Assembly (NCBI GenBank): GCA_001873215.1
Contig: MNYS01000002.1
Location: 28,395-92,394, forward strand
DNA length: 64,000 nucleotides
Source: Candidatus Levybacteria bacterium CG2_30_37_29
Lineage (GTDB): Bacteria; Patescibacteriota; Microgenomatia; Levybacterales; GWA1-39-11
Reading direction: 5' to 3'
The notes below the pieces were generated by a model. It was not told the DNA's origin. It saw only the letters and a list, made by a program, of their open reading frames with translations, and did not search any database. Position numbers and translations under genes: made by a program. This document shows, piece after piece, positions 27,420-37,059 of the stretch (its first letter is position 1; every line of letters begins with the position of its first letter).

Positions 27420-27546
27420 ATGTGTGTTTATTTTACTAAAAACTGAACTTATTTGCTACGGGATATTGATTATTGCATATGCTTAAACTATACTAAGTCT
27501 CACCTCAGAATTTATTTTGATATACTTGACCCTGAAAAGATCGGGG

Positions 27547-27575
27547 TTGACAATTAGCAATAGGGATGCTAAACT
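27547..27575 (+). promoter_or_regulatory. Sigma70-like promoter (TTGACA-17 nt-TAAACT) upstream of lon
   Basis: Consensus -35 with 17-nt spacing to an A/T-rich -10, about 20 nt upstream of the lon ATG. Confidence 0.4.
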
Positions 27576-27594
27576 GCTAATACACTTTTAATAC

Positions 27595-29994
27595 ATGATA
27601 AAATCTGTAATAAAACCAAAAGAAAAACTTATTCCGGTTATTCCGATAAGAGACGGAATTGTTTTTCCGCACACAGAAAGCATCCTTACGTTCGGACGCC
27701 CGAAAAGCCTTGCCGCTCTTGAGACAGCATTTAACGGCGAAAGAGTTGTTTGCTTTGTCCTCCAGAAAAACCCCAAACAAAATGATCCGGAGCCGGAGGA
27801 TTTGTATACAATCGGTACCGTTTCCCATATTGAAAGGATGATTAGAACAGAAGGAGAGGTAAACGCTCTTGTGAGGGGTCTCTCCCGTGCAAAAATTGTT
27901 TCATATGATGACCGAGGCGGATATTTTCTTGCACAAATTGAAGAAATTGATGAGGATATTAACGATGCTCCCGAAATAAAAGCACTCTCAAACCATCTTA
28001 TTGCAGAATTCAAAAAAGCCCTCGGTCTTGGAAAACAAGCCGACTTTTTGGTTTTTATGAATATTATGTCAGACATTACGCCTGATTCTCTTGCAGATCA
28101 GATTGCATCTACGTTGGACATTAAAGGAAGTGAAAGGCAGGATATTCTTGAGACTATAAATATCAAAAAAAGACTTGAGAAAATATCCGGATATCTTTCG
28201 CGGGAAGTTAAAGTCCTGGAACTTGAAAGGAAAATTTCAAGCAAGACTCAAGAACAATTTGAAAAAGGAGCAAAAGAGGCAATACTTCGTGAAAGAATAA
28301 AAACAATAGAGAAAGAGCTTGGGGAGGATGATGGCGGTGAGATAAAAGAGCTTTTGATGAAAATAAAAGCTGCGGGAATGCCTGAGGATGTTGAAGAAAA
28401 AGCGCATAAAGAGCTTAAAAAATTACAGCAAACAACACCTTACAATCCTGAAGCCGGATATATACGAAATTATCTTGAATGGCTTGTTTGTCTGCCATGG
28501 AGTAAGAAAAGTAAGCATACAGTAGACATAAAACAAGCGGAAAAAATACTTGACCAGGAACATTATGGACTTGCAAAAGTAAAAGAGCGGATGGTTGAAT
28601 ATTTGGCTGTTCACAAACTTTCAGGAAAAATGAAAGGCCCTATTCTCTGTTTTGCAGGACCGCCCGGAGTTGGAAAAACTTCAATTGGTAAATCTATTGC
28701 AAAAGCATTGGGCAGAAAATTCGTAAAAGTTTCGCTTGGAGGAATACGGGATGAAGCAGAAATTAGGGGACATAGAAGAACTTACGTGGGAGCATTGCCT
28801 GGAAGAATTATACAGGGAATAAAAGACGCCGGAACAAAAAACCCAGTATTTATGCTTGATGAAATAGATAAGGTGGGCGCGGATTTTCGCGGCGACCCGT
28901 CAAGCGCGCTTCTTGAAGCGCTTGATCCCGAACAAAACAATGGTTTTTCCGATCATTATCTTGACGTACCTTTTGATTTATCAGACGTTATTTTTATAAC
29001 AACTGCAAATATGCTTGATACAATTCCTCCGGCATTGCGTGACAGACTCGAAATTATAAATTTTGCAGGATATACGGAAGATGAGAAATTTCATATCGCA
29101 AAACAGTTTTTGGTAAAAAAACAATTAGAAATGCATGGGCTTAAAGACACAAATCTTGAAATAAAAGATGATGCAATTCATTTTATTGCCCAGCGCTACA
29201 CGCGTGAAGCGGGAGTGCGAAGTCTTGAGAGGGAATTTGCTTCAATTATGAGAAAAGTCGCAAAGCTTATTGCTCAAGGTGATAAAACGAAAACAATTAT
29301 TACCTCCAAAAATATCGCAAAATTTTTGGGACCTGCAAAATTTTCAGCAACAATTGCAGAGAAAAAAGATGACATTGGTATTTCAACCGGCCTTGCGTGG
29401 ACTCAGGCTGGAGGAGACATATTATTTATTGAAGTTGCTCTTATGCCGGGAAAAGGGCAGCTATTGTTAACAGGACAACTTGGGGATGTTATGAAAGAAT
29501 CTTGCCAAGCGGCCATGTCCTACATAAGAGCTAGGGCAAAAAAATTCGGAATTCCGGAAAACTTCTACCAAAAAATGGATGTTCACGTTCATGTTCCTGA
29601 AGGTGCGGTACCAAAAGACGGTCCATCTGCAGGCGGTGCGATTACGACAGCGCTTGTTTCAGCGCTTACTAAAATTCCCGTTAATCATATAGTTGGAATG
29701 ACGGGAGAAGTGACTTTACGAGGAAGAATTCTTGAAATAGGCGGAGTAAAAGAAAAAGTAATTGCCGCGCACAGAGCAGGTCTTAAAACAATCCTATTGC
29801 CGAAAGAAAACAGAAAAGATTTGGAGGATATTCCAAAGCAAGTTTTAAGAGAGTTAAGATTTGTTTTTGTGTCTCACATGGATGATGTATTGAAAGTCGC
29901 GCTTACCAAACCTCTTCCCGGATTTAGTCAAATTAAAGGCGAAAAAGAGCAATCGGCAAATATTACCCGTCTCCAACCAACCCCCGCAGATTAA
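27595..29994 (+). CDS. lon: ATP-dependent Lon protease (LonA)
   Basis: N-terminal LON domain, Walker A GPPGVGKTS, Walker B FMLDEIDK, catalytic Ser (PKDGPSAG) and Lys (GGVKEK) in the C-terminal protease domain. 799 aa. Confidence 0.9.
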   Translation: MIKSVIKPKEKLIPVIPIRDGIVFPHTESILTFGRPKSLAALETAFNGERVVCFVLQKNPKQNDPEPEDLYTIGTVSHIERMIRTEGEVNALVRGLSRAKIVSYDDRGGYFLAQIEEIDEDINDAPEIKALSNHLIAEFKKALGLGKQADFLVFMNIMSDITPDSLADQIASTLDIKGSERQDILETINIKKRLEKISGYLSREVKVLELERKISSKTQEQFEKGAKEAILRERIKTIEKELGEDDGGEIKELLMKIKAAGMPEDVEEKAHKELKKLQQTTPYNPEAGYIRNYLEWLVCLPWSKKSKHTVDIKQAEKILDQEHYGLAKVKERMVEYLAVHKLSGKMKGPILCFAGPPGVGKTSIGKSIAKALGRKFVKVSLGGIRDEAEIRGHRRTYVGALPGRIIQGIKDAGTKNPVFMLDEIDKVGADFRGDPSSALLEALDPEQNNGFSDHYLDVPFDLSDVIFITTANMLDTIPPALRDRLEIINFAGYTEDEKFHIAKQFLVKKQLEMHGLKDTNLEIKDDAIHFIAQRYTREAGVRSLEREFASIMRKVAKLIAQGDKTKTIITSKNIAKFLGPAKFSATIAEKKDDIGISTGLAWTQAGGDILFIEVALMPGKGQLLLTGQLGDVMKESCQAAMSYIRARAKKFGIPENFYQKMDVHVHVPEGAVPKDGPSAGGAITTALVSALTKIPVNHIVGMTGEVTLRGRILEIGGVKEKVIAAHRAGLKTILLPKENRKDLEDIPKQVLRELRFVFVSHMDDVLKVALTKPLPGFSQIKGEKEQSANITRLQPTPAD

Positions 29995-30069
29995 CATCCA
30001 GTTTGAAATCTCTAGAAGCTTGACAGGGTACATACTATCCACTAATATTATTTGAATACTTTTTTAAAT

Positions 30070-30300
30070 ATGAAATTAGCAAAAGCTTTTTGGAAAAACT
30101 GGATAAAATTCGGACAAATATTAGGTAATTTTTACGCGCAGGTTTTTTTAACTCTTTTCTATTTTCTGATACTGTGGATGATTGGTATTATTACAAAATT
30201 ATTTTCAGATCCGCTTTTGATAAAACGCAGTAAAAAATCAAATTTTACAGAATGGATACATTCCAAAGATACACTTTCAAGTGCCCGTAATCAATATTAA
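30070..30300 (+). CDS. Small membrane protein, SxtJ-like accessory protein of carbamoyltransferases (tentative)
   Basis: About 76 aa with one or two TM helices, immediately upstream of and abutting the carbamoyltransferase gene. Small membrane proteins commonly accompany NodU/CmcH-type genes. Confidence 0.4.
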   Translation: MKLAKAFWKNWIKFGQILGNFYAQVFLTLFYFLILWMIGIITKLFSDPLLIKRSKKSNFTEWIHSKDTLSSARNQY

Positions 30301-32088
30301 ATGTATATACTTGGAATTTCTTGTTTTTATCATGAATCAGCTGCAGCTCTTATAAAAGACGGCAAAATTGTCGCTTGCTCCTCCGAAGAACGGTTTTCAA
30401 GAAAAAAACACGATAGTAACTTTCCAAAACTTGCAGTTGAATTCTGTTTGAAAAAAGCAGGAATAGCCGTAAATGATTTGGATTATGTTGTTTTTTACGA
30501 AAAACCTTTTTGGAAATTTGCGCGAATTTTTCAATCAATACTTGCGACGTATCCTTCATCAAGCCGGCTTTTTGCAAAATCAATGGTTACATGGCTTACA
30601 GATAAATTATGGGTTAGATCAATTATTTGTGACGCGTTTAAAATAAATTCTGAGAAGATATTGTTTGTTCCACATCACATATCTCATGCAGCAAGCTCTT
30701 TTTATCCATCCGGATTTGATAAAGCAGCAATTATGACCTTTGACGGTGTAGGAGAATGGACAACTACAACTTTTGGGACAGGAGAGGGTTTGGAAATAAA
30801 CATTAAAAAAGAAATAAAATTTCCCCATAGTCTTGGTCTTCTTTATTCGGTGTTCACAGCATTTTTGGGTTTTGAAGTAAATGATGGAGAGTATAAAGTG
30901 ATGGGAATGGCGCCTTACGGAAAACCTAAGTACCTCTCAAAAGTTCGAAAATTAGTAAAAACTTTTCCTGACGGGTCATATGCTTTAAATATGGAATATT
31001 TTACTTTTCATAAATCGCCGACAAAAGCTTTTGGAAAAAAGTTTGTAGATTTATTCGGGCAACCGCGACAAAAAGACTTACATTTTTTTACAAAAGGCTC
31101 CGGATACCCGAGTTATTTTGGAGAAAAACCGAAAAATTATAACGAGCTTTGTGAAAAAAACCAGCATTATGCAGATATTGCAGCGTCCATTCAGGCATTA
31201 ACCGAGGAGATTCTACTCACTGCGGCAAAAATTTTGCAAAAAGAAACAAAACTTGAGAATTTGTGTATTGGCGGTGGAGTAGGTTTGAATTCTGTTGCAA
31301 ACGGAATGCTTTTGCGGAAATCACCGTTTAAACAAATCTTTATACAGCCCGCATCAGGTGATGATGGAGGAGCCCTTGGCGCCGCACTTTATGTTTACCA
31401 CGCGCTTTTAGGTAAAAAAAGAAACTTTACTCAGGATAATTGTTATTTTGGCGCGGAATATACAAATTCTGAAATTGAAAATTTCTTAAAAGAAAAAAAG
31501 CTTAAGTATAAAAAAATTGCGTCAGAGGAAAAGCTGACGGATTTTTTAGCAGACGTACTCTCAAAAAATAAAGTCGTAGGATTTTTCCACGGCAGAGCAG
31601 AGTGGGGTCCCAGAGCCTTGGGTGCGCGGTCGATACTTGCTTCTCCAGTTAAGAAAGAAATGAAAGAGGTTGTAAATGTAAAAATAAAATTTAGGGAACC
31701 ATACAGACCATTTGCGCCCGTGGTAATTGCTGAAAAAGCAAATATTTATTTTGAATTAGAAAAAAAAGAACACAAGCATCTTACAAATTTTATGCTTGGT
31801 GTTTTTCCTGTAAAAAAAACGGCGAAAAAATTAATTCCTGCGGTGACTCATGTTGACGGAAGCGCCCGTATTCAAATAATAACCGAGGTACAAAATAAAA
31901 GATATTACAACATTATAAAAAAATTCGGCAAAAAAACAGGAGTTTATGTTCTTATGAATACGTCGTTTAATTTAAAAGGTGAGCCTATTGTAAATTCACC
32001 AGAGAACGCTTTTAACACTTTTAAAAAATCCGGACTTGATATTTTAGCTCTTGAAAACTATATAATTTTAAAAGAGGACATCGTATAA
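30301..32088 (+). CDS. Carbamoyltransferase (NodU/CmcH/NovN family; Kae1/YgjD-like + YrdC-like domains)
   Basis: MYILGISCFYHESAAALIKDG, HHISHAASSFYPSGF, and a C-terminal carbamoyltransferase domain. 595 aa. Confidence 0.85.
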   Translation: MYILGISCFYHESAAALIKDGKIVACSSEERFSRKKHDSNFPKLAVEFCLKKAGIAVNDLDYVVFYEKPFWKFARIFQSILATYPSSSRLFAKSMVTWLTDKLWVRSIICDAFKINSEKILFVPHHISHAASSFYPSGFDKAAIMTFDGVGEWTTTTFGTGEGLEINIKKEIKFPHSLGLLYSVFTAFLGFEVNDGEYKVMGMAPYGKPKYLSKVRKLVKTFPDGSYALNMEYFTFHKSPTKAFGKKFVDLFGQPRQKDLHFFTKGSGYPSYFGEKPKNYNELCEKNQHYADIAASIQALTEEILLTAAKILQKETKLENLCIGGGVGLNSVANGMLLRKSPFKQIFIQPASGDDGGALGAALYVYHALLGKKRNFTQDNCYFGAEYTNSEIENFLKEKKLKYKKIASEEKLTDFLADVLSKNKVVGFFHGRAEWGPRALGARSILASPVKKEMKEVVNVKIKFREPYRPFAPVVIAEKANIYFELEKKEHKHLTNFMLGVFPVKKTAKKLIPAVTHVDGSARIQIITEVQNKRYYNIIKKFGKKTGVYVLMNTSFNLKGEPIVNSPENAFNTFKKSGLDILALENYIILKEDIV

Positions 32089-32095
32089 TTTAAAA

Positions 32096-32275
32096 ATGAG
32101 AATTTTTAAGTCAGTATTTTTGCGGGGGACAGAAATAAGAGACCTTTTTAAATTTTTGTGGAAGGCAAAAATGTATTTTTTGATTCCATTTGTCGTGATT
32201 TTAATTCTTTTTGGATCGATTTTAATTTTTGTGCAAACAACGGGCGTTGCTCCCTTCATCTATACTCTTTTTTAA
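32096..32275 (+). CDS. DUF5989-like small membrane protein
   Basis: 59 aa. MRIFKSVFLRG...YFLIPFVVILILFGSILIFVQTTGVAPFIYTLF ends in the characteristic APFIYTLF of the small proteins that follow carbamoyltransferase genes. Preferred over the antisense track ORF 32068..32259. Confidence 0.5.
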   Translation: MRIFKSVFLRGTEIRDLFKFLWKAKMYFLIPFVVILILFGSILIFVQTTGVAPFIYTLF

Positions 32276-33349
32276 ACCCTCAATTTTTCTTTCACATTCC
32301 TTTACGATAATATTTATTAACTTTTTTGTATTTTTTTCATCTTCCTTAGAATCTATTCCCCAGTAGATTCCGGGATTAATATTTCCTTCAAGAAAATATA
32401 CATTTCCTTCGTTGCTTACAACAAAATCCAAAGCAAATAACGCGTTTTTCCTGTCTAATTTACTTACAATCTTTCGAGCTGTTGTAAGTACATTTATGGG
32501 AATATCTTCGATTTTTATATATTTTACAGTTGCCCCTTGGTGTTCGTTGCATCGAAAGTCGCCTTTTTTTGCCATACGTATGTATTGTTGGATAATTTTT
32601 CCTCTGGAAAAAATGATTCGGATGTCAGTTGCAGTCATAACATTATTAAATTTAAATCCTTTGTCAAACTTTACAAAGGGCTGTATGACAAATGAAGTTT
32701 TTTCCCTTCTTTGAAGTATTTCATGTATGTTCTTTTGGTAACTTGAACCTATTTTATAAATATCTACGCCTCCTGCTCCAAATCGGTCCTTTATAATAAA
32801 ATCCGCTGAAAAATCATTCCTGTGTGGATGGGAGGCTACAAGATTTTTGAGTTCTTTGACGGCTTTTATTATAGAATTTTTAGAATTATAAGCGATATTA
32901 ACAGTAGGAATGCTAAATTCCGGAAGAGCCGTGAATGTTAATAGCTTATCGTCAAAGAGGGGATGAAGGTAAGAGTCGTTAAAAGGGAGAACGCCTGTAT
33001 TTGAAAAAAAAAGTAATTGATTTATGGGTTGCGATGATCTAACGGGTGAGAATTTATTAAATACAAGCTTTGAATAACACTTGTTATTTGTTTTTGTCCA
33101 TCCTGAATCTATATACTCCCAATAACTTCTACATTTTCCACCTGATATGATATCTGAAGTTGTAGTAAGCGCGGCTGAAATATTATTTTTTTTGCAAGTA
33201 TTAAGAAAAAAAGCATACGCATTATTGTAATGTGGTTTTCCTCCCAAAAGAGAGAATGGCATTAGATTTTCGCACGCCTGAGATGAAGCGCTTGTTGCAA
33301 CGCTTTGAGCATAAACAACCAACAGGTCAAAAATGCGAACATTTTCCAT
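32222..33349 (-). CDS. ATP-grasp domain protein (RimK/glutathione-synthetase-like ligase)
   Basis: FIIKDRFGAGGVDIYKIG, KKGDFRCNEHQGATVKYI and ALDFVVSNEGNVYFLEGN match ATP-grasp motifs. Start set to MENVRIF. Its 3' end overlaps the convergent DUF5989 ORF by about 50 nt. Confidence 0.7.
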   Translation of the reverse strand: MENVRIFDLLVVYAQSVATSASSQACENLMPFSLLGGKPHYNNAYAFFLNTCKKNNISAALTTTSDIISGGKCRSYWEYIDSGWTKTNNKCYSKLVFNKFSPVRSSQPINQLLFFSNTGVLPFNDSYLHPLFDDKLLTFTALPEFSIPTVNIAYNSKNSIIKAVKELKNLVASHPHRNDFSADFIIKDRFGAGGVDIYKIGSSYQKNIHEILQRREKTSFVIQPFVKFDKGFKFNNVMTATDIRIIFSRGKIIQQYIRMAKKGDFRCNEHQGATVKYIKIEDIPINVLTTARKIVSKLDRKNALFALDFVVSNEGNVYFLEGNINPGIYWGIDSKEDEKNTKKLINIIVKECERKIEGLKKSIDEGSNARCLHKN

Positions 33350-33518
33350 AATATTTGAGATACAAGGTGTAATTCTATTTGTGGGGGAAGAATTAAATAT
33401 GTAAGACACCTTTATTATACGTTATGAGAAGGTTAATAGATAGGGCAGCTTACGATTTTAATCTATAACCCAATGGATAATAGTGTTTTCTAAAAACACT
33501 TTTAAAAATCATGCGTAA

Positions 33519-33536
33519 TCGAGGTGCCACCTCAAT
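33519..33536. repeat. Copy 1 of palindromic motif CGAGGTGCCACCTCAA
   Basis: GAGGTG/CACCTC inverted core. The same 16-nt core plus similar A-rich flanks recur at 34956-34974. Together they bracket the two-gene unit 33662-34929. Confidence 0.6.
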
Positions 33537-33661
33537 CACTTAAGAATTTGCTTTATTAATGCTATAACCTTGAGCGAGAAGTTCTCGAGGTTCTGATTTA
33601 TTAGGTATATTATTTTATGAAGATAGTCGAATTTTGATTAATTGACAATAAATAAATAGTT

Positions 33662-34348
33662 GTGGATACTTATGTTATGGATAGTTCACAGAATCAAGGA
33701 GAAAAATTCATTTCCTCCGCAGATTCTGCACAGCAAACAAAAACCACAGTAATAGCACAGGTACATCCTATACCTTTACAAAACGCTACTAAAGTGGGAT
33801 TTGATTTTGGACTTTTAAATTCATTATTAGTAGGATGTATTGTTTTTTTTGCACAGTTTGTAACTGAGGTTATCTCTGACGCAATGGTTAACTTTTCTCC
33901 CCAAGGAAAGGATTCACTAATAAGAAATTTTGGAAGGATTAGCTTATGGGAGGAGCCGACATTCGGTCAATTAACATTTTTTGGTTATTTGTATCTTTTT
34001 GTAGCTATTTTTTTTATTACCAAATATCCCCGTATCGGGAAATATTTTGTGATATTTCCAATAATGGGCTTAATAATGGGGGTATATGGACTTCTGATGA
34101 TGTTTGCTTTTGGAGGTTTTACTGTTTTAGTATTAATATTTGACAATCTGATTCCTCCATCAGTTCTATTGCTATATAGAAGAAAGGTTACGCTTTTCAA
34201 CTTTAGGAGTTTTCTAAAATATTATTTATTAATTCTGTTTTTTATCTTATTAGTAAATATAATTGCAAGTATTGCTCAGTTATCCAAAGTTACTAACGCA
34301 GTAAATAATGCAACTCCAGATATGATGATAAAGAATGCAAACTATTAA
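33662..34348 (+). CDS. Hypothetical polytopic membrane protein (228 aa)
   Basis: Four or five hydrophobic helices. No family recognised. Confidence 0.45.
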   Translation: MDTYVMDSSQNQGEKFISSADSAQQTKTTVIAQVHPIPLQNATKVGFDFGLLNSLLVGCIVFFAQFVTEVISDAMVNFSPQGKDSLIRNFGRISLWEEPTFGQLTFFGYLYLFVAIFFITKYPRIGKYFVIFPIMGLIMGVYGLLMMFAFGGFTVLVLIFDNLIPPSVLLLYRRKVTLFNFRSFLKYYLLILFFILLVNIIASIAQLSKVTNAVNNATPDMMIKNANY

Positions 34349-34461
34349 GCAGGGTAAAAAGAAAAACGACAGTTATCCCACAAATTTATCTTGTGACCCC
34401 ACAGGAATTTAGATCAAAATAACTATTGTAATTAAATTTTTACGGTGTTAATAATAAGAAT

Positions 34462-34929
34462 ATGGCTAAGTTGATGAAAGATTTGTCACCTCGTCGACAA
34501 GTGATTTATTGGATTACGGAATTTGCAGCATTTGATACCGAAAGGAGAGAAAGTAACAAAATGAAGCTTTATGATCTCCACGAAGTGGACTTACTGAAGA
34601 AATTGACTGCGATGACAAATTTTCCGAAAGTTTTTCTAACCAAAGATAAAGATATTTTTAATAACTTCGTAACATTTCTAGAAGTCTTTTCAAATTCTAT
34701 TAATGAAACCGATAAGATTGCCAAAGAAGGTCCAGTAATAGAGTCAAGCGAAAGCCTTGCAAGCTGTCAGTATCTCTTATCACTTGCCGGAGGCATAATA
34801 TCTAGTAGGGGGTTTGATAAATTGTTAACAAACGATAGAAGGAAAGCGTTAGTTAAGAGTTTGAGAGAATCGAGATTGGTACTTTCGAATAAAATTGATG
34901 CAGCCACAGACTACCTGAATATTCGTTAG
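34462..34929 (+). CDS. Hypothetical soluble protein (155 aa)
   Basis: No family recognised. Its 3' end abuts repeat copy 2. Confidence 0.4.
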   Translation: MAKLMKDLSPRRQVIYWITEFAAFDTERRESNKMKLYDLHEVDLLKKLTAMTNFPKVFLTKDKDIFNNFVTFLEVFSNSINETDKIAKEGPVIESSESLASCQYLLSLAGGIISSRGFDKLLTNDRRKALVKSLRESRLVLSNKIDAATDYLNIR

Positions 34930-34955
34930 ACTAGGACTAAAAAACAATACTCAAC

Positions 34956-34974
34956 CGAGGTGCCACCTCAAATA
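34956..34974. repeat. Copy 2 of palindromic motif CGAGGTGCCACCTCAA
   Basis: Read directly from the sequence; see 33519. Confidence 0.6.
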
Positions 34975-35045
34975 GATTCAAATCTCCTTATTTACCTATT
35001 AGTAATTTTGGTGATAGGAAATTTAGGTAATTGAATTACGAGCAG

Positions 35046-35330
35046 TTATTTAGATTTGGGTTTAAAAATTCGTGTTATAACAACACATGATACACAATAA
35101 GAGATAATAAATAAACCAATCGTGTATAAATTTAGTATAAAATGGTTTTGTGGAAAAAGATAACAAATAAAAGGTTTAGGCGGAGGGGAATATGGAGTTC
35201 CGTCAAGAGAGGGTATGCGTAGATCAAGACTTATGCAGGGACTCCGTAAAATACCAAGTACTACCCAAAATATAACTAAGAAAAACATCCAGGCAATGAT
35301 TTTCTTCAGTGTCGGTTTAAAAAACTTCAC
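35046..35330 (-). CDS. Hypothetical small membrane protein (94 aa)
   Basis: Two TM helices. No family recognised. Confidence 0.4.
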   Translation of the reverse strand: MKFFKPTLKKIIAWMFFLVIFWVVLGILRSPCISLDLRIPSLDGTPYSPPPKPFICYLFPQNHFILNLYTIGLFIISYCVSCVVITRIFKPKSK

Positions 35331-35550
35331 TACTTAGTATATGTGTAAATTTAATTTTATGTCAAATATATTTGGTGACCCGACATCATCTCTCTTCGAA
35401 TCATCTTTAGCATGGTTAGAACGTTTACGAAAAGTTTATCTTGACGAAAAAATAGATATATGTGAAGGAGTAAGTGGATATTAACCCGTTTTTAGATTAC
35501 TTTTGATCATTAGCGTGTACTCAATACTTAATTTGTAGTAAAATCACACA

Positions 35551-36624
35551 ATGAATATACGAGAACGAGCTGAGGTAGAGCTTGGTATACAAAATGTTGA
35601 CGCATTTACAGCCTCCTTTGGATCTAAATGTCCTGATGCAATGCAAGCATTGCCAAAAGAAGAATTTGAACCTGCCCAAGCTGCCTTTACTGAAGCCTTT
35701 GAAGATGCCGCAGGACTGACACAAATCGATCCAAGCAAGTTTTTTATAGCTAGAGTTAAAGACAGGGTGGTTAGACGCGAATATTATAGACCTACGCCTC
35801 AGGATGAAGATTCATTTAGGTTTGCGCCTCAGGCATTATGTGAGGTAGGAATTATCAAGGGAAGATTTGGGGTGAACATTGAATGGAGGCACGATGCAAA
35901 TTTCAGACGAGATTCACTAACAGTTTTCCCCTTTGATGACGAAATGAAACTTAGATTAAAACCCGGAGAAGAGCTATCTGTTGACTGGAAACAAGGGCTA
36001 GTCTCGAGTATTGAGCTAAAAACACACAAAGTAGAAAATGGTAAACCCCAATTACACAATGCGTTTGCCACACTCAACATGTTTGGTGATGCGCAAAACA
36101 AAGGGAATGTAAACTATTGGAAAAGCAACTGGGAAAGGAGATTTCAAAGAGTAATCGACCTAGATTATTTAAGGGCAAATCCCAGGACAAGGGATGAAAT
36201 GGATAAGTCTATGGAAATAATGGCTAGAACAGACACGGGGTTAGGAGATTATCCATATACACCGATAAACTTATTGCATCTAGAAAGAAATTTAGACGAT
36301 GGAGAGATAACGATAAATCAAATAAATGTTAATTCTGAAGATGCTAACTCAGAAACAGGAATCACTATTGAAAGATTTGATTCTCCAGAACGAGAAGAAC
36401 TTTTAGATAGTATTTTTATTCCAGAACCTTTCAATCCCCTAGCTTTAATCGCAACAATATTTCAAAGAAACATGTTGAATCAACCTGAAAACTCTCCATT
36501 GGCTTATGATAGAGAATGGCTAAATCAACATTCAATTGTAAGAGAATTAATTGAGTTGAAGTGGATTCGCCACGATATTGACCCGCTCAGGAAATTTTCA
36601 CAAACTAGTTCTGATAGTCTGTAA
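35551..36624 (+). CDS. Hypothetical protein (357 aa), compositionally more GC-rich than its neighbours
   Basis: Long ORF with good coding look. Acidic. No recognisable motifs. Confidence 0.5.
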   Translation: MNIRERAEVELGIQNVDAFTASFGSKCPDAMQALPKEEFEPAQAAFTEAFEDAAGLTQIDPSKFFIARVKDRVVRREYYRPTPQDEDSFRFAPQALCEVGIIKGRFGVNIEWRHDANFRRDSLTVFPFDDEMKLRLKPGEELSVDWKQGLVSSIELKTHKVENGKPQLHNAFATLNMFGDAQNKGNVNYWKSNWERRFQRVIDLDYLRANPRTRDEMDKSMEIMARTDTGLGDYPYTPINLLHLERNLDDGEITINQINVNSEDANSETGITIERFDSPEREELLDSIFIPEPFNPLALIATIFQRNMLNQPENSPLAYDREWLNQHSIVRELIELKWIRHDIDPLRKFSQTSSDSL

Positions 36625-36747
36625 CCCGTGTTAATTGTTTGAACCAGAAATGAGGCTAAAGATTTTTATACAAGAAATACTAGACAATAACTCTTCAAAA
36701 AATCTGAGCTTAGCGGTTCGAACACCTTGCCTAGGTGCTCCCTTCGG

Positions 36748-36820
36748 TGACCCCACAGGAATTCGAATCCTGGTTCCCAGAATGAGAATCTGGTGTCCTA
36801 GGCCACTAGACGATGGGGCC
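36748..36820 (-). tRNA. tRNA-Glu (anticodon CTC), no encoded CCA
   Basis: Manual fold: acceptor GGCCCCA/TGGGGTC (one G-U pair), D-stem GTCT/GGAC, anticodon stem CCAGA/TCTGG with loop TTCTCAT, T-arm CAGGA-TTCGAAT-TCCTG, discriminator A. Confidence 0.75.
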
Positions 36821-37057
36821 ATTAATTAATTTTTCAATTACCTTCTTACTTTTCAACGATTTAAGATAATATTCTCTTTTTTTAGCTTCAGAATTAGTAT
36901 TATATTCTTCTTTGTATGATAGTTCAAACGGTCCCTTATTTTTAGTATATCGCGAACGGTTCGAATTATGTTCTGCAATTCTTCTTTCTAAATTATTTGT
37001 ACTGCCAATATAAAACATTCCGTTTTTTATACTTCTTAGAATATATAAGAAATACAT
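36806..37057 (-). CDS. Small GIY-YIG nuclease (URI domain only; COG2827/YhbQ-like)
   Basis: MYFLYILRSIKNGMFYIGSTNNLERRIAEHN is a canonical GIY-YIG core. 83 aa. The last 5 codons (NGPIV) and the stop are made from the first 15 nt of the tRNA-Glu gene. Confidence 0.75.
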   Translation of the reverse strand: MYFLYILRSIKNGMFYIGSTNNLERRIAEHNSNRSRYTKNKGPFELSYKEEYNTNSEAKKREYYLKSLKSKKVIEKLINGPIV

Positions 37058-37059
37058 AT

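Noticed and set aside
27577-28076. Minus-strand ORFs 27577..27828 and 27588..28076 inside the lon 5' region
   Set aside because: Antisense to an unambiguous Lon protease gene.
32068-32259. Minus-strand 63-aa track ORF downstream of the carbamoyltransferase
   Set aside because: A plus-strand 59-aa ORF on the opposite strand ends in the APFIYTLF signature of DUF5989 proteins, which typically follow carbamoyltransferases. The minus-strand ORF is taken as its antisense shadow.
36631-36829. Track ORFs 36631..36822 (minus) and 36635..36829 (plus) over the tRNA-Glu region
   Set aside because: Both are translations of the tRNA gene and its flank. The region folds into a canonical cloverleaf instead.
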